A DNA stretch of 64,000 nt from a virus (Duplodnaviria; Caudoviricetes). The stretch's first letter is position 1; each line of letters begins with the position of its first letter. Of this stretch, positions 43,636-54,219 are shown piece by piece. Where the stretch lies: positions 2,308-66,307 of IMG/VR virus record IMGVR_UViG_3300025084_002866. The stretch is one strand, 5' to 3'. A program made the translations under genes and the position numbers. The notes under the pieces are model-generated. The model was not told the DNA's origin and ran no database searches. It saw only the letters and a program-made list of their open reading frames with translations.

Positions 43636-44328
43636 TCACCCTAACGTTCCGCCTAGTTCTACCATGCTTCCAGTAAATGCTCCTATAGATTGTAAACCAG
43701 CGCTCTTGTATTCCATTTGCTGAGCTAAAGCATTGTCATGTAGCGCTTGAGCTCTGTCTAGATCTGTTTTCTCTCTTTCTTCAACAGCATTAAAAGCAAA
43801 TTGATCCGCGGCTAATTGACCTTGTTGTACCCTTATTTTTTCAGCCATAATTTGCTGCTGTAGTTGTTGCTCTCCTTGAGCTCTTAATTTTTCATTAGAA
43901 GCTTCTTGCTGTTCTATATTAGCTGCTATATTTTGCTTACTTCTAGAGGCGGCTTGTGCTAAAGCAGTTGCGCCACCAGCGCCCATACCTCCAGCCTGCA
44001 TAGCATCTAATGTATTTGCTAAAGCTATATCTGTTTGCTCCATTTGTATTTTAGCAGCCCCTGTAGCAACGCTTAAGCTAGCATATGGATTTTTTAATCC
44101 TCCTGATAAATCTTTAATATTTTCACCAAAATCTGGTATTTCTTGTCTAGCATTAGCTAAATTTGTTATATCATCATTTAATGATTCTATATTTGAATTC
44201 ATAGCGTTTGCAGATCCCATTGCAAAAGCAGCATTGACACCCTGCATTGCTACACCAGCAATCATTAAAGCAGGTATAACACCTTGAGTAGGTTCTATTA
44301 TAATTGTTTGAAATATTTCTAATAACAT
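43636..44328 (-). CDS. Putative DNA-ejection/internal virion protein
   Basis: Ala/Gly/Gln-rich helices (AGGMGAGGATALAQAA); probable start MLLEIF at 44328. Confidence 0.6.
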   Translation of the reverse strand: MLLEIFQTIIIEPTQGVIPALMIAGVAMQGVNAAFAMGSANAMNSNIESLNDDITNLANARQEIPDFGENIKDLSGGLKNPYASLSVATGAAKIQMEQTDIALANTLDAMQAGGMGAGGATALAQAASRSKQNIAANIEQQEASNEKLRAQGEQQLQQQIMAEKIRVQQGQLAADQFAFNAVEEREKTDLDRAQALHDNALAQQMEYKSAGLQSIGAFTGSMVELGGTLG

Positions 44329-44338
44329 ATTTTTATTT

Positions 44339-46027
44339 TTAAGATGATTGAACAAATTTACTACCTACAGACCATATTTCTTTTAAACCTCCAACGTTAG
44401 TATAGTTATCTGTTGATATTTTTACTCTAGCAAAATACCCTTTTATACCACTCATAGAAACGCCGAATACAACTTCATCAGGTCTAGCAGAGCTATTATT
44501 TATTAAGTTTGCAACATATAAGTTTTCTTTTCTATCAAAACCAGCTCTTTTTGGTTGTCCAGTTATAGTATCAGTATATAATCCTTGATCATAACTATAA
44601 ACTTGAACCGAAGTATCTTGATAACTATTACTAGTTAAGTAAGTTGAAGGTGAAGTTAGTGGAATATCAGGATCTGTCTGCTGCGAATCTGACTTAAAAT
44701 AATTAATTTGATACCCATTATCTCCTTCATAATTCACTGTTTGAAAAACTTTTTTAGCAGATGGAGAAGTGTTAAATATAAAATCAACAAAAGAGCTATT
44801 ATGAGTATTGTAAAAAGTCCCTCTATTATTAATCACACTTTCATCATAATGTTTCCATAAACCACCATTAAAAGTTGTATAATAAGAGTTTTTTAAACTA
44901 AAAGAGTTTGATGGATTGTAAGTATACAAACTAGTCCAACCTTTAACAGACTCGTCAAAAGACAATGTTTGATAAGCCATTTCTTCATTAGGACTTTGTG
45001 GTTTCTTTTGCATAGATAAACTATATTGTCTATCATATATATCCCAACCTCCTACTATTTTATCTTTAACTCTTGTCACAAATCTTAAATCACTAACTCC
45101 AGTTAAAGTTATATTACTTGAAAGAGTTATACTAAAAGGCGAAACATAAGACACGTCGGTAACAAAAGAATTAGTTTGAAGATTATTTATTTCTACATTC
45201 ATACCTATTTCTATGTCTTTAGGATCACTTACAGGAACTATAGAATTAACGGTTCCAGTGGTGTTAGTAGTGTTTTCAACCACGTAAGGTTTAACTTCAT
45301 TAGATAATTTCTCAAGTTCATCTCTAAAATAATCTGTCATACCATTTTGAGATATTTCTGTTAAACCATCTCTAGAAAGTCTTAAAATAGACCCTCTATA
45401 AGGATCTGCAAAATACTTTCTCATTCCAAAGTCAGCGAAACTTTCAGGATTATTACCAATTCCAAACTCCCCAACATAAGGAATTGTTTGACCTAGTACT
45501 GTTCCAGGAGGGTTTGTTGCCGTACCATCTTCAGAAGTGTATATTGTATCTTTATCAATTAAGCTTTGACTTACTTTGCTTTCTTGTAAAATTATTAAAT
45601 TCGTGTCGTAAGATACTGTTCTTTTTATCTCACCGTAAGAAGGGTCTATTGATTTGCTAATATTTTCAGAAACACTAAACACATTAGTACTATTAACACC
45701 TGTATTAGCATTGTAAACTCCAGAATATATCAAGCTATTAAATCTATGTCTTTGATTTATTTTTTCTTCATTTATATAAGCCCTAACACCTAGATCTGTA
45801 GAAGTGTTATTATAACCTCCTACTATTCTAGACTCTTCTATCATCCAGTTTCTTTCATAATCACTAGCTACTATAGTCATGTCATTAGGATATACTGGGT
45901 ATCCAGCTGGGTTCCATGGTAATCCAGGCCAATAAGAAACTAAACCTGGTGCTGAAGCGGGGCCTTGCGTTACTACTTTTTTATTCCAAAAAGTGTTGTA
46001 ATAAGATACTTTTGTTATAGTTGACAT
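44339..46027 (-). CDS. Tail nozzle/stabilisation-like protein, part 2
   Basis: Beta-rich; G.R.YFAD..RG.ILRLS.DGLTEIS..GM..YF, GIKGYF motifs. Confidence 0.65.
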   Translation of the reverse strand: MSTITKVSYYNTFWNKKVVTQGPASAPGLVSYWPGLPWNPAGYPVYPNDMTIVASDYERNWMIEESRIVGGYNNTSTDLGVRAYINEEKINQRHRFNSLIYSGVYNANTGVNSTNVFSVSENISKSIDPSYGEIKRTVSYDTNLIILQESKVSQSLIDKDTIYTSEDGTATNPPGTVLGQTIPYVGEFGIGNNPESFADFGMRKYFADPYRGSILRLSRDGLTEISQNGMTDYFRDELEKLSNEVKPYVVENTTNTTGTVNSIVPVSDPKDIEIGMNVEINNLQTNSFVTDVSYVSPFSITLSSNITLTGVSDLRFVTRVKDKIVGGWDIYDRQYSLSMQKKPQSPNEEMAYQTLSFDESVKGWTSLYTYNPSNSFSLKNSYYTTFNGGLWKHYDESVINNRGTFYNTHNSSFVDFIFNTSPSAKKVFQTVNYEGDNGYQINYFKSDSQQTDPDIPLTSPSTYLTSNSYQDTSVQVYSYDQGLYTDTITGQPKRAGFDRKENLYVANLINNSSARPDEVVFGVSMSGIKGYFARVKISTDNYTNVGGLKEIWSVGSKFVQSS

Positions 46028-46036
46028 ATATTTTTA

Positions 46037-49000
46037 TTAATTAGCTAACTCAGCTCTAACGGTGTACTCTGTAAAAAGACCACCTCCATCGTATAATTTA
46101 AAATTAATATCATACTTAGCGGTTGAACCACCACCACCTTGTGGCGCTCCTAAAGAACTATAGTGTATATATATACCTAATCCAGTTATTGAATTATCGT
46201 TTGGATCTAAGTCTCCAGTAGTAGTCCCGTTGTCTATTCTTGCTGGGCCAGGCTGTATAACTCCATTAAAATTCTGTTGATCACCAGAGACAAACGTAGC
46301 TGTTAAATTACTTATAGAAAGCTCTCTAGTTTGATTAGAATTATTTGGACTAATAACAGAACCATTAGTAGGATTACCATTGGTGTTACCGGTAAATTCA
46401 GTATTAGTTCTTAGGTTACCATATGTCAATAAACTACCTAAATAATACATATCACCTTGAATAGGACCGCTATTGTTTACATTGGCAAGATCACCCCAGC
46501 TAAAAGTTGTTGCCGGTATAATGTTAAAAGTCCAGCTAGGAACTATATTAGACAAACCACCGGTAAAACTAGCTGTTATTGTCCTGTAGTTTACGATACA
46601 AGTAACCGTAAAAGTATATTGATTAAATCCTAAAGCCTCATCTTGACCATAGTAAACATTTTCAACACCTGGATTGTTTTTTGTTTTTATAACAAAACTA
46701 CCATTACCATTATTAAATAGCTCAAACAAGTTGTTTACGGGCGTGTTTCCAGGATTTACAACAACAGAGTTTAATTCAAAAGAAGCATCTGGACTAACTA
46801 TATTGTTTCCGTCAAAATCAATAGGGTATATGTTATTAGTTACGAAAGATGAAACACCTTCATTTTCAAACCAAGCTATTGATGGATCAGAGTACCCATA
46901 AGGCGTGTCGCTATCTCCCGTTGTTATTTCAGTATTTAAAACGCTTATCAAGCCTGAAGTAGGCGTTTCCCAAAATATTTCTAAATTAGAAAAACTTGGT
47001 TTAGTTTCGTAAACAGCTAGATTGATAGGGAAATAAGAGTCATCGGTAGAAGATGAACTATCATTAAAGTCAACTGGTTCACCTATATTTGGAGATGGAG
47101 AAGTGTTGAATCCTGAAGGAATTGTTGATATTCTACCTATTAACGGATTGTTTTCAGCATTATAAAAAGGAGATGAATTTAAAGATACTTGATCAAAGGT
47201 TATAGAACTACCTGTGTTATTGGTATATTCTGGAATAAACTTGATTACAGCATCTTGAGAACCACCAACCCCAGCTTTAGCAACATAATATGTTAATTGT
47301 CTATTGTTAAATATAACAGTACCGTCATTAGCTCTAACACTAACTCTTTGCCCAATAATAGAATCAGATCTAAAATTCCCTTCAGCAATTAAAGTACCTG
47401 TAGTATCACCACTAGCCACTGTTGTTGCACTTTCCTGAGAAATAACCGAAGAAGATCCTATATTTAAATCTTTCTGCGTTCCGATAGTATTAACAAAATC
47501 AGGTGTAGTTGTTGGGTAAAACTGAACATTACCATTAGTTACAGGGCTCGTATTAAAGTTAATGTTAGTAACTCTACCAAACAAATTAACAGAACTTCTA
47601 AATTCTTTAGCTTCAGGACCAACATCTGTTAAGTCTTTAGGAACTTTGTTTATATTGTCAGAAAACAAAGATATATGAGCTGTTTTATTTAGCTCTTTAT
47701 CAGCATTATTTGGGTAGGCATTTAATATAGAAGGTAAGTAAACATTGTAATAATCTTGTTCTTGTTGTTTTATTACTATTTTCCAGCTATACCAACCTAG
47801 TGGATTTGTTAAATCGTATAAACCAGGATAACCTGGACTACTAATAACAGATGGAATTGCTGTTTTCCATAATATTTCTAAACCTTCACCATTCCAAGAC
47901 GTGGTAGACGTGTTCAAATTATTGTCACTTGGTGTTCTATAGTTGTTGTATACTGTAGAACCACTAAAAGTATCTACCAAACCAGGTACAACTCCGTCAT
48001 CAACTTCAGATAATATTACATCTGATTGCCTGCCATATCTATCTGATAAAACTATACCTACTTGGTATGTTCTATTCTGTTTTAATGTATGGTTTTGATA
48101 TTCTATAGACTGAGAAGTATTCTTATCAACAGTGTTTACATTATAGTTTAATGTCTCTGGACTAGTATGCTTGTCGTAGTAATTAGAGTATATAACTCTA
48201 TTTCCAGAGCAGGAAAGATTAAAAGCTCTAACAGGTGCTTTATCGAAAACTCTAGTATAATCTTTTTCAGGAAGCGTTCTTATTGGTTTTCTTGATTGGT
48301 AATCATATTGAAGCTTGTCTATGCTGACATTAGATAAATCACTACTTTCTATAACGTCTAGAACCTTTATAGATGTTTGATCAGATTCTTTTATCAACAA
48401 TTCTACTTCTTTTATTTTTAAATCTAAAACAGAGTTAGCCCAAGAAGATGAAGTTGAAGGACAATTAATTATTAATCCAACTTCATTTATATTGTTCCGC
48501 ATTATTCTATTAGTAGTACTAGTATAAGCATATTGCTCATCTGAATCTGAACTTATTGAAACACCTGTTTTAGGATTAAATGTTTCACTTAATAAATAAC
48601 CATCATTTTCAGGAACAAAAGCAGTTTGAGTAAAAGGAGCTATTAGCGAATACTCACCATCTTCAAATCTAAATCTATAGCTAAATCTAACAAATCTTTC
48701 TCTCAAGTAATCTTTATCACCTGGCCAATTAACATCGTAATGTGGGTTCAAGTTATTACCTGACGTAGCTTTAGGTGGTAAGTATTGATTAGTTTTGTTT
48801 TTCATTGTAGAAGATTCTGCAACTGTTAAAGTTATAGTACCATCACCTACTCTTGGGTATACATTTATAACGTCTCCATTAGTATAACCAACGCCTGGAT
48901 TTGTCATTGTAATACCAGTTATACCTCCAGTTACTGAACTAACAGAGGTTATAGTTACAATTAAACCTTCTCCAGTGCCACCTTGCATTTGGTTTACTGG

Positions 49001-49636
49001 GACTTCAAAAGGAAGTATTAAACTGCCATAGCCACTACCAGCTGTAGTTATAGATATAGCAGTTACTTCTTCTTTTATTAACGATATTGGAGTATATGGA
49101 TAATATTTTAAAACTGATATATTGTCTTCTGAATTATAATAACTTGAGTTTGAACTAGCTGTTTTTACATCTATTCTTCTAGGCTGGTTTCTATTGTCAG
49201 TAAAAAACAACACGTTTTCTATCATGTCAACTCCGGTTATATTGCTAGTTTTAGAAAAATTTAAAAAATATCCTTGCACTAATATACTAGAAGTATTAGT
49301 TATTGAATTATAACTACATATATAATGCTTTGAACTTGAGTATGCAAAATTACTTAAACCATCTTCTGATGAATCAGTGTAGTTTGTTATAAAAAAATAT
49401 ATACTATCATTTAATTCATCTACATAATATCCTATAACTTCTAAGTGTTTGTCAGTCAAGCCAAATCTTGTTAACTCAGTATTACCTAAAACATTCTGAA
49501 CTGTACCTACACTATCACCTTCTGATCTGCTTATTACAATATTTTGAGCATCTCTATATTGACCATTAGGAACAAGTCTAGCATCTAGATCTTTGTTCAT
49601 TTTAGATTGTAAAAAATTATTTTTAGCCTCTGCCAT
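46037..49636 (-). CDS. Tail nozzle/stabilisation-like protein, part 1
   Basis: N-terminal KMNKDLDARLVPNGQYRDA.N...SEG..VGTVQN.LGN; TLKQNRTYQVGIVL.DRYGRQS. Confidence 0.7.
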   Translation of the reverse strand: MAEAKNNFLQSKMNKDLDARLVPNGQYRDAQNIVISRSEGDSVGTVQNVLGNTELTRFGLTDKHLEVIGYYVDELNDSIYFFITNYTDSSEDGLSNFAYSSSKHYICSYNSITNTSSILVQGYFLNFSKTSNITGVDMIENVLFFTDNRNQPRRIDVKTASSNSSYYNSEDNISVLKYYPYTPISLIKEEVTAISITTAGSGYGSLILPFEVPVNQMQGGTGEGLIVTITSVSSVTGGITGITMTNPGVGYTNGDVINVYPRVGDGTITLTVAESSTMKNKTNQYLPPKATSGNNLNPHYDVNWPGDKDYLRERFVRFSYRFRFEDGEYSLIAPFTQTAFVPENDGYLLSETFNPKTGVSISSDSDEQYAYTSTTNRIMRNNINEVGLIINCPSTSSSWANSVLDLKIKEVELLIKESDQTSIKVLDVIESSDLSNVSIDKLQYDYQSRKPIRTLPEKDYTRVFDKAPVRAFNLSCSGNRVIYSNYYDKHTSPETLNYNVNTVDKNTSQSIEYQNHTLKQNRTYQVGIVLSDRYGRQSDVILSEVDDGVVPGLVDTFSGSTVYNNYRTPSDNNLNTSTTSWNGEGLEILWKTAIPSVISSPGYPGLYDLTNPLGWYSWKIVIKQQEQDYYNVYLPSILNAYPNNADKELNKTAHISLFSDNINKVPKDLTDVGPEAKEFRSSVNLFGRVTNINFNTSPVTNGNVQFYPTTTPDFVNTIGTQKDLNIGSSSVISQESATTVASGDTTGTLIAEGNFRSDSIIGQRVSVRANDGTVIFNNRQLTYYVAKAGVGGSQDAVIKFIPEYTNNTGSSITFDQVSLNSSPFYNAENNPLIGRISTIPSGFNTSPSPNIGEPVDFNDSSSSTDDSYFPINLAVYETKPSFSNLEIFWETPTSGLISVLNTEITTGDSDTPYGYSDPSIAWFENEGVSSFVTNNIYPIDFDGNNIVSPDASFELNSVVVNPGNTPVNNLFELFNNGNGSFVIKTKNNPGVENVYYGQDEALGFNQYTFTVTCIVNYRTITASFTGGLSNIVPSWTFNIIPATTFSWGDLANVNNSGPIQGDMYYLGSLLTYGNLRTNTEFTGNTNGNPTNGSVISPNNSNQTRELSISNLTATFVSGDQQNFNGVIQPGPARIDNGTTTGDLDPNDNSITGLGIYIHYSSLGAPQGGGGSTAKYDINFKLYDGGGLFTEYTVRAELAN

Positions 49637-49638
49637 CT

Positions 49639-50763
49639 TTAATGTTTAATCCATTTAGATTTACCACGCATTACTTGAGTAAACTCTTCAAGTTTAATAT
49701 TACTTAATCTTATTTTAGCATTTCTTAATTTAGCTGATCTTTCTCTTTTATATCTTTGAACTATATACTCAGGAAAATTAGCTCTAGAAGCTACCATAGA
49801 ATGCATTATATGAGCGTATAACGCTTCTTCTGCCATCTTAGGTACTTTTGTATTAGAATCATACGCTAAGCCATCAGAGATGTATTCTAATATAATCAAC
49901 TGATTTGCTAAGCCACTAGAAAAACTAAACTTACCTTCTCTTTCATTTATAGTAAACCAACCATTTTTCTGAGATACTTGAGGTTCTAAGCCATATCTTT
50001 CACCATAAGCCATTTTCCACCAAGACCAATCATATACATTAGCTTGATCAAATATTTCATCTGTTAGTTGCCCTGTAATGTTTAGATTATTATTACTAGC
50101 CCATCTAGCGTCTGTTTTAGCTTGTTGTGACTCTAGATTTTCACCAGTGTTATCTTGCTCAGGTATTCCATCTGTATTCTGCAATAATGGTTGTGTAGGA
50201 TTACTAGTTAAAGTAGTTGGGTATATAATATGTTTAACACCAGATGAATCTACCCAAGATAACTGAACATAATTAACGTAGTCTTGAGGTATTGCTAAAG
50301 ATAAACTTGGTGGTATTGTAAGTTCTTGTGAGTTAACAGATTTTAAAGTATCATAACTAAATTCTTGTAAACCCCTTTTAGCATGAAATATAACATCTGA
50401 TCTTTTAGCTCTCGGTATGATTTTATCTAAACCAACATAGGCAACCATAAAGTTATTTACGATGTCTATTAAACTAGTGTAAGCATAGCTACCGTAATTA
50501 TCCCATATAGACTCCTCTAGCAGTTGTATTACTATAATATCTGTTAAAATAGGTGCAACTACTAATGTGATTGAATTACCATTAATGGTATAGTCAATAG
50601 TTGATGTTAGCTCTGTACCATTTTTTAATACTTTGAAATTAGGTTTTGGTAAAGTAGCTAATAAGGTTTCACCAGTCCAAGTGTAAGGACCAAGACTTGT
50701 GGAATTAGTAAAAGCTTGTTGACCAGAGTAATATTGAGCGTTAGTTTCGTTTATTAATCCCAT
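49639..50763 (-). CDS. Head-tail adaptor/ring-like structural protein
   Basis: 374 aa in the tail cluster; P.DYVNYV.LSW, LEYISDGL motifs. Confidence 0.6.
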   Translation of the reverse strand: MGLINETNAQYYSGQQAFTNSTSLGPYTWTGETLLATLPKPNFKVLKNGTELTSTIDYTINGNSITLVVAPILTDIIVIQLLEESIWDNYGSYAYTSLIDIVNNFMVAYVGLDKIIPRAKRSDVIFHAKRGLQEFSYDTLKSVNSQELTIPPSLSLAIPQDYVNYVQLSWVDSSGVKHIIYPTTLTSNPTQPLLQNTDGIPEQDNTGENLESQQAKTDARWASNNNLNITGQLTDEIFDQANVYDWSWWKMAYGERYGLEPQVSQKNGWFTINEREGKFSFSSGLANQLIILEYISDGLAYDSNTKVPKMAEEALYAHIMHSMVASRANFPEYIVQRYKRERSAKLRNAKIRLSNIKLEEFTQVMRGKSKWIKH

Positions 50764-50769
50764 GTTTTA

Positions 50770-51510
50770 TTATCTTTTAGAATTTATTTCTTCTTGCTGT
50801 AGTTCTTGAGCAGCTGCTTGAATTATTTGTGGATCTCTTATAACGATACCAGAATATTTTAATATAGATAAAATAACTTCAGTTTGTTGACTTTCACTTA
50901 TTTCAAAATTAACAGATCCAGTAGTTGGAACAACACCAGCTCCAGTATTGGTTGGCTCATATATATATTGACCTAATGAACCAGAACTATAAGCCCAAAC
51001 AACATCTAAAGGTTTTCTAATATAATTAAAACCAATATCTGAAACCAACGGTGTAGTTGCAATTGGGTAAACTGTTAATTTATCTTCTTGATATATTGCT
51101 ACTGGAAAATTAGTAGTTGGTTGAGTGAGAGGAGATAATCGCTGTTGGTGATAATCTCTTTTGCTTACTATTTCTAATTCTGGAGAATTCGTACCTATTT
51201 CATAAAAGGCAGATCCAAATCTATGTAAATCTGTAGGCTGTGTATAAACGTTGCTAGTTACAGCAGAAGCGTTTGAGTTCTTTTCAAATACTTGAAACTC
51301 TTCTCTTATGTGGTCCATTCTAGACGCGAACTCCACGTTTGTTTTTGGCATACGTATGTATTGGTTATAATCTTCAAAAAAGCTTTCAAATATTTCTAAT
51401 TGAACTTGAGTAGCTATTTTGTTAAACTCATCAGGTGTTAAGTATCCTCTTTGTTCTTTATTAAGTATACTCAAAACTGTGGTATATACCGTGTTTACGT
51501 TTATTGCCAT
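50770..51510 (-). CDS. Ring/tail-tube-like structural protein
   Basis: Probable start MAINV at 51510, since the longer ORF start overlaps a terminator. Confidence 0.6.
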   Translation of the reverse strand: MAINVNTVYTTVLSILNKEQRGYLTPDEFNKIATQVQLEIFESFFEDYNQYIRMPKTNVEFASRMDHIREEFQVFEKNSNASAVTSNVYTQPTDLHRFGSAFYEIGTNSPELEIVSKRDYHQQRLSPLTQPTTNFPVAIYQEDKLTVYPIATTPLVSDIGFNYIRKPLDVVWAYSSGSLGQYIYEPTNTGAGVVPTTGSVNFEISESQQTEVILSILKYSGIVIRDPQIIQAAAQELQQEEINSKR

Positions 51511-51522
51511 TTTAATATTTTT

Positions 51523-51553
51523 AAAAAAAAAGGGTGGCGATAAAACCACCCTT
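51523..51553 (-). terminator. Intrinsic terminator
   Basis: Minus strand AGGGTGG-TTTTATCG-CCACCCT followed by a T run. Confidence 0.75.
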
Positions 51554-51568
51554 AATTATAATCACTTG
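51552..51568 (-). promoter_or_regulatory. Candidate late promoter CAAGTGATTATAATTAA
   Basis: Shares CAAGTGAT..TATA with 12361-12378. Confidence 0.4.
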
Positions 51569-52366
51569 TTATTTAAGCTTTTTATCTATTGATTTGTAAA
51601 CTTCAAGTCCTTCATCTGTTTTAAACCACGCAGCCATAGCTGAGTAAGGATTTTCATCAAAAGGTACTGTCATTAATTTACGACCATTAGCAACCCATTT
51701 AAATGTTCTTTGATCATCATCGAGTCTAACAATGTTAGCTTCAACAGACCTAATTGCGAAATTTCTTAACTCTACATTTTCATCTTGAGCCAAATCTAAT
51801 AGCAAAGCAGGTTGTTGCCTCGCAAAGAGTAATAAATCTCTTTTTAATTCTTTAGAGCTTAATTCAGTTACAGAAGAACCTTTTTCAACTCTTAAAATAG
51901 CTTCAGCTTTGTCTATATCCATTTCATAAGCCATATTCATAGCTGCTATTTCCATTTCAAGATAATCAAATTGATCAACTGCTTCTTCTATCTTATCATG
52001 CTCTTGAAACAAAACGCCTTTATGAGGGTGTTTAGCTAAGAACTCTTGTAAATTTCTTTTTTCTTTAGGAACCATTAAATGACCTTGGTCAAAAACAATA
52101 TGCTTTAAAGTAGCTGAACCTTTTTGTTCATCTACAAATATACTTTTTTGATTAGTAGCATATCTTAATTCTCTTTCATAACCTTTGTCTTCATCAAACC
52201 AAACACAAGGATACCTTCGTGAATGTCTAGATGTTATTGTGTAAGTTAATGGAGTTTTATTTCCTAATAAGTAATAGTTTCTATCTTTATATTCCCAAGT
52301 TTCTTTTTGAACTTTAGGAGTTGCTGGAGCTTTAGCTACAGGCTTTTTATTTTCTTTTGTTTCCAT
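51569..52366 (-). CDS. Conserved phage structural-region protein
   Basis: 265 aa downstream of the capsid gene; RELRYATNQKS.FVDEQ motif. Confidence 0.6.
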   Translation of the reverse strand: METKENKKPVAKAPATPKVQKETWEYKDRNYYLLGNKTPLTYTITSRHSRRYPCVWFDEDKGYERELRYATNQKSIFVDEQKGSATLKHIVFDQGHLMVPKEKRNLQEFLAKHPHKGVLFQEHDKIEEAVDQFDYLEMEIAAMNMAYEMDIDKAEAILRVEKGSSVTELSSKELKRDLLLFARQQPALLLDLAQDENVELRNFAIRSVEANIVRLDDDQRTFKWVANGRKLMTVPFDENPYSAMAAWFKTDEGLEVYKSIDKKLK

Positions 52367-52388
52367 AATATAATATAATATAATAATT

Positions 52389-52416
52389 AAAAAAGACCCC
52401 GCCGAAGCGGGATCTT
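52389..52416 (-). terminator. Intrinsic terminator after the capsid operon
   Basis: Minus strand AAGATCCCGC-TTCG-GCGGGGTCTTTTTT. Confidence 0.85.
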
Positions 52417-52427
52417 ATTATTTTGTT

Positions 52428-52703
52428 TTATGATACAGCTGTAAATACAGTTGTATTAGCAACAGCTCCAGCAGCGTCTGGACCTGCATTTATACACTTT
52501 AACCAAGATGCTTGTAAGCTAGCTTCTAAAGCCCTAGCAGCGGCAGCATCGTCCAATGTTATAGTTGCAGTAATAGTTGAACCACCAATGTAAGTAAATA
52601 CACAGTTGTTAGAACTATCACTAGCTACAACTTTTAACAATTCCTCAGAAGGAATATATAAAGGTTGGTCAGTGTTATATTTTGCTTCTATTAATTTAGC
52701 CAT
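52428..52703 (-). CDS. Small capsid-associated protein
   Basis: 91 aa between the major capsid gene and the terminator. Confidence 0.6.
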   Translation of the reverse strand: MAKLIEAKYNTDQPLYIPSEELLKVVASDSSNNCVFTYIGGSTITATITLDDAAAARALEASLQASWLKCINAGPDAAGAVANTTVFTAVS

Positions 52704-52733
52704 AATTTCTATCTTTTAAATATTAATAATTAA

Positions 52734-54197
52734 TTAAGCTCCTTTAAATAACACAAAGTTATTAGCAGCTTGAGTTACTAAACATCTTTCAGATAAGAAA
52801 TTAACTCTCATAACGTCAAGATCAGAAGTGTAAGCTCCACCTACAGATCCAGTGATCCAAGACTTCATCTTTCTATCTTCAGACTCAGAAGCTCTATATC
52901 TTACATGTAAGAAAGGACGTCTGATGTTTGATCCTAACATTTGATCGTAAACTGTAGTTGTTCCAGCAGGAACCATTACACCATCAATCTCATTAGATAA
53001 ACCTCTAGTCGTAGCATCGTTTAGATATTTCCAATCAGTTTTGTAGAAGTCATAAGAACCTCTTCTAAAACCTGAAAATCCAAAGTTTAATGCCATATCA
53101 CCATCATTCTCAAATAATCCGAAAGAAGCAGCTTGAGTAGAAGCAAATCCACCATTAACAGCAGCGATCATATCGTCGAAATCAAGAGCAGTAGCTCTAG
53201 ATAAGAATAACATGTTTTCTTCAATAGCACCTTGCTTGTCTAGGTTTTTAAGGATTTCATCGAAATCACCTAAAGCACCAGCACCAGGAGCAGCAGCTCC
53301 AGCAAAACCAGAGTATACATTACCTCTTGCTTCGATAGCAGCAAATAAACCTTCAGTACCTTTGATATTTTGAGTTGGAGTACCACCAGTTGGCGTAAAA
53401 TTAGTTCCAAAAGCAACTGTTCCAGTCATTTTTTCACCTTCAACCATTGACATCTCCATATAGTCTTCAAATCTTAGTCTAGTTTCAGACTCAGCTTTTA
53501 AATACCATAAGTATCCAGACTGACCATCTTCAGTAGCAACTTCGATCCAACCTATTTGAGCAACATCAGAACCACTTAATTCATAGTTATCTTTAAGTAT
53601 AATTGGAGAATTTTTGTAAGTAGTTACACCTGGTTCAATAGCTCCACCCATTCCATTAGTTCCTTTTGGAAACTCAGAACCGTATACAAACAAGCTATTT
53701 GAAGCAGCGCCTGTGATAATTCCAGCAGGAGCAGCGTCATATAACTCACAAGTTAATACAAAACCTGTAGCGTTAATACCAATCACAAGAGCTTTAGTAG
53801 TCACAAGACCAGTAGCATTGTCAGATATTAAAATTGTATTACCAACTCTAACACCAGAAGAAGCCTCAGCACCTTGAGGTGTAATAGTAACAGTTACTTG
53901 ATTATTAGCGACTGCAGCTACCTGTACCGTATCATAAGCTACATGTAATCTATTTTGTTCAGACCAAATAACTTGATCAGATGTCATTGGCATTTCAGCG
54001 CCAACCATTCTCAAGAAACCACCAATAGTTCGGTTTCCGTATCTTTCTACTTCTGCTTCGTAAAGCTCAGGTAGATATTGTTGTGTCCATTGCGAAAAAC
54101 CAGCCTTCTGAAAATCGATATAATTATCTTGTACAGCTACTTGATTCGGCATTGGAACTATAGAAGCAGGAAAAGACCCGCTAGTTGCAAAACTCAT
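52734..54197 (-). CDS. Major capsid protein
   Basis: 487 aa after portal and scaffold; YLPELYE.E.ERYGNR, TEGLFAAIE.RGN; strongly biased codon usage; followed by a terminator. Confidence 0.85.
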   Translation of the reverse strand: MSFATSGSFPASIVPMPNQVAVQDNYIDFQKAGFSQWTQQYLPELYEAEVERYGNRTIGGFLRMVGAEMPMTSDQVIWSEQNRLHVAYDTVQVAAVANNQVTVTITPQGAEASSGVRVGNTILISDNATGLVTTKALVIGINATGFVLTCELYDAAPAGIITGAASNSLFVYGSEFPKGTNGMGGAIEPGVTTYKNSPIILKDNYELSGSDVAQIGWIEVATEDGQSGYLWYLKAESETRLRFEDYMEMSMVEGEKMTGTVAFGTNFTPTGGTPTQNIKGTEGLFAAIEARGNVYSGFAGAAAPGAGALGDFDEILKNLDKQGAIEENMLFLSRATALDFDDMIAAVNGGFASTQAASFGLFENDGDMALNFGFSGFRRGSYDFYKTDWKYLNDATTRGLSNEIDGVMVPAGTTTVYDQMLGSNIRRPFLHVRYRASESEDRKMKSWITGSVGGAYTSDLDVMRVNFLSERCLVTQAANNFVLFKGA

Positions 54198-54219
54198 TTT
54201 ATTTTGTTTTTAGTTGTTG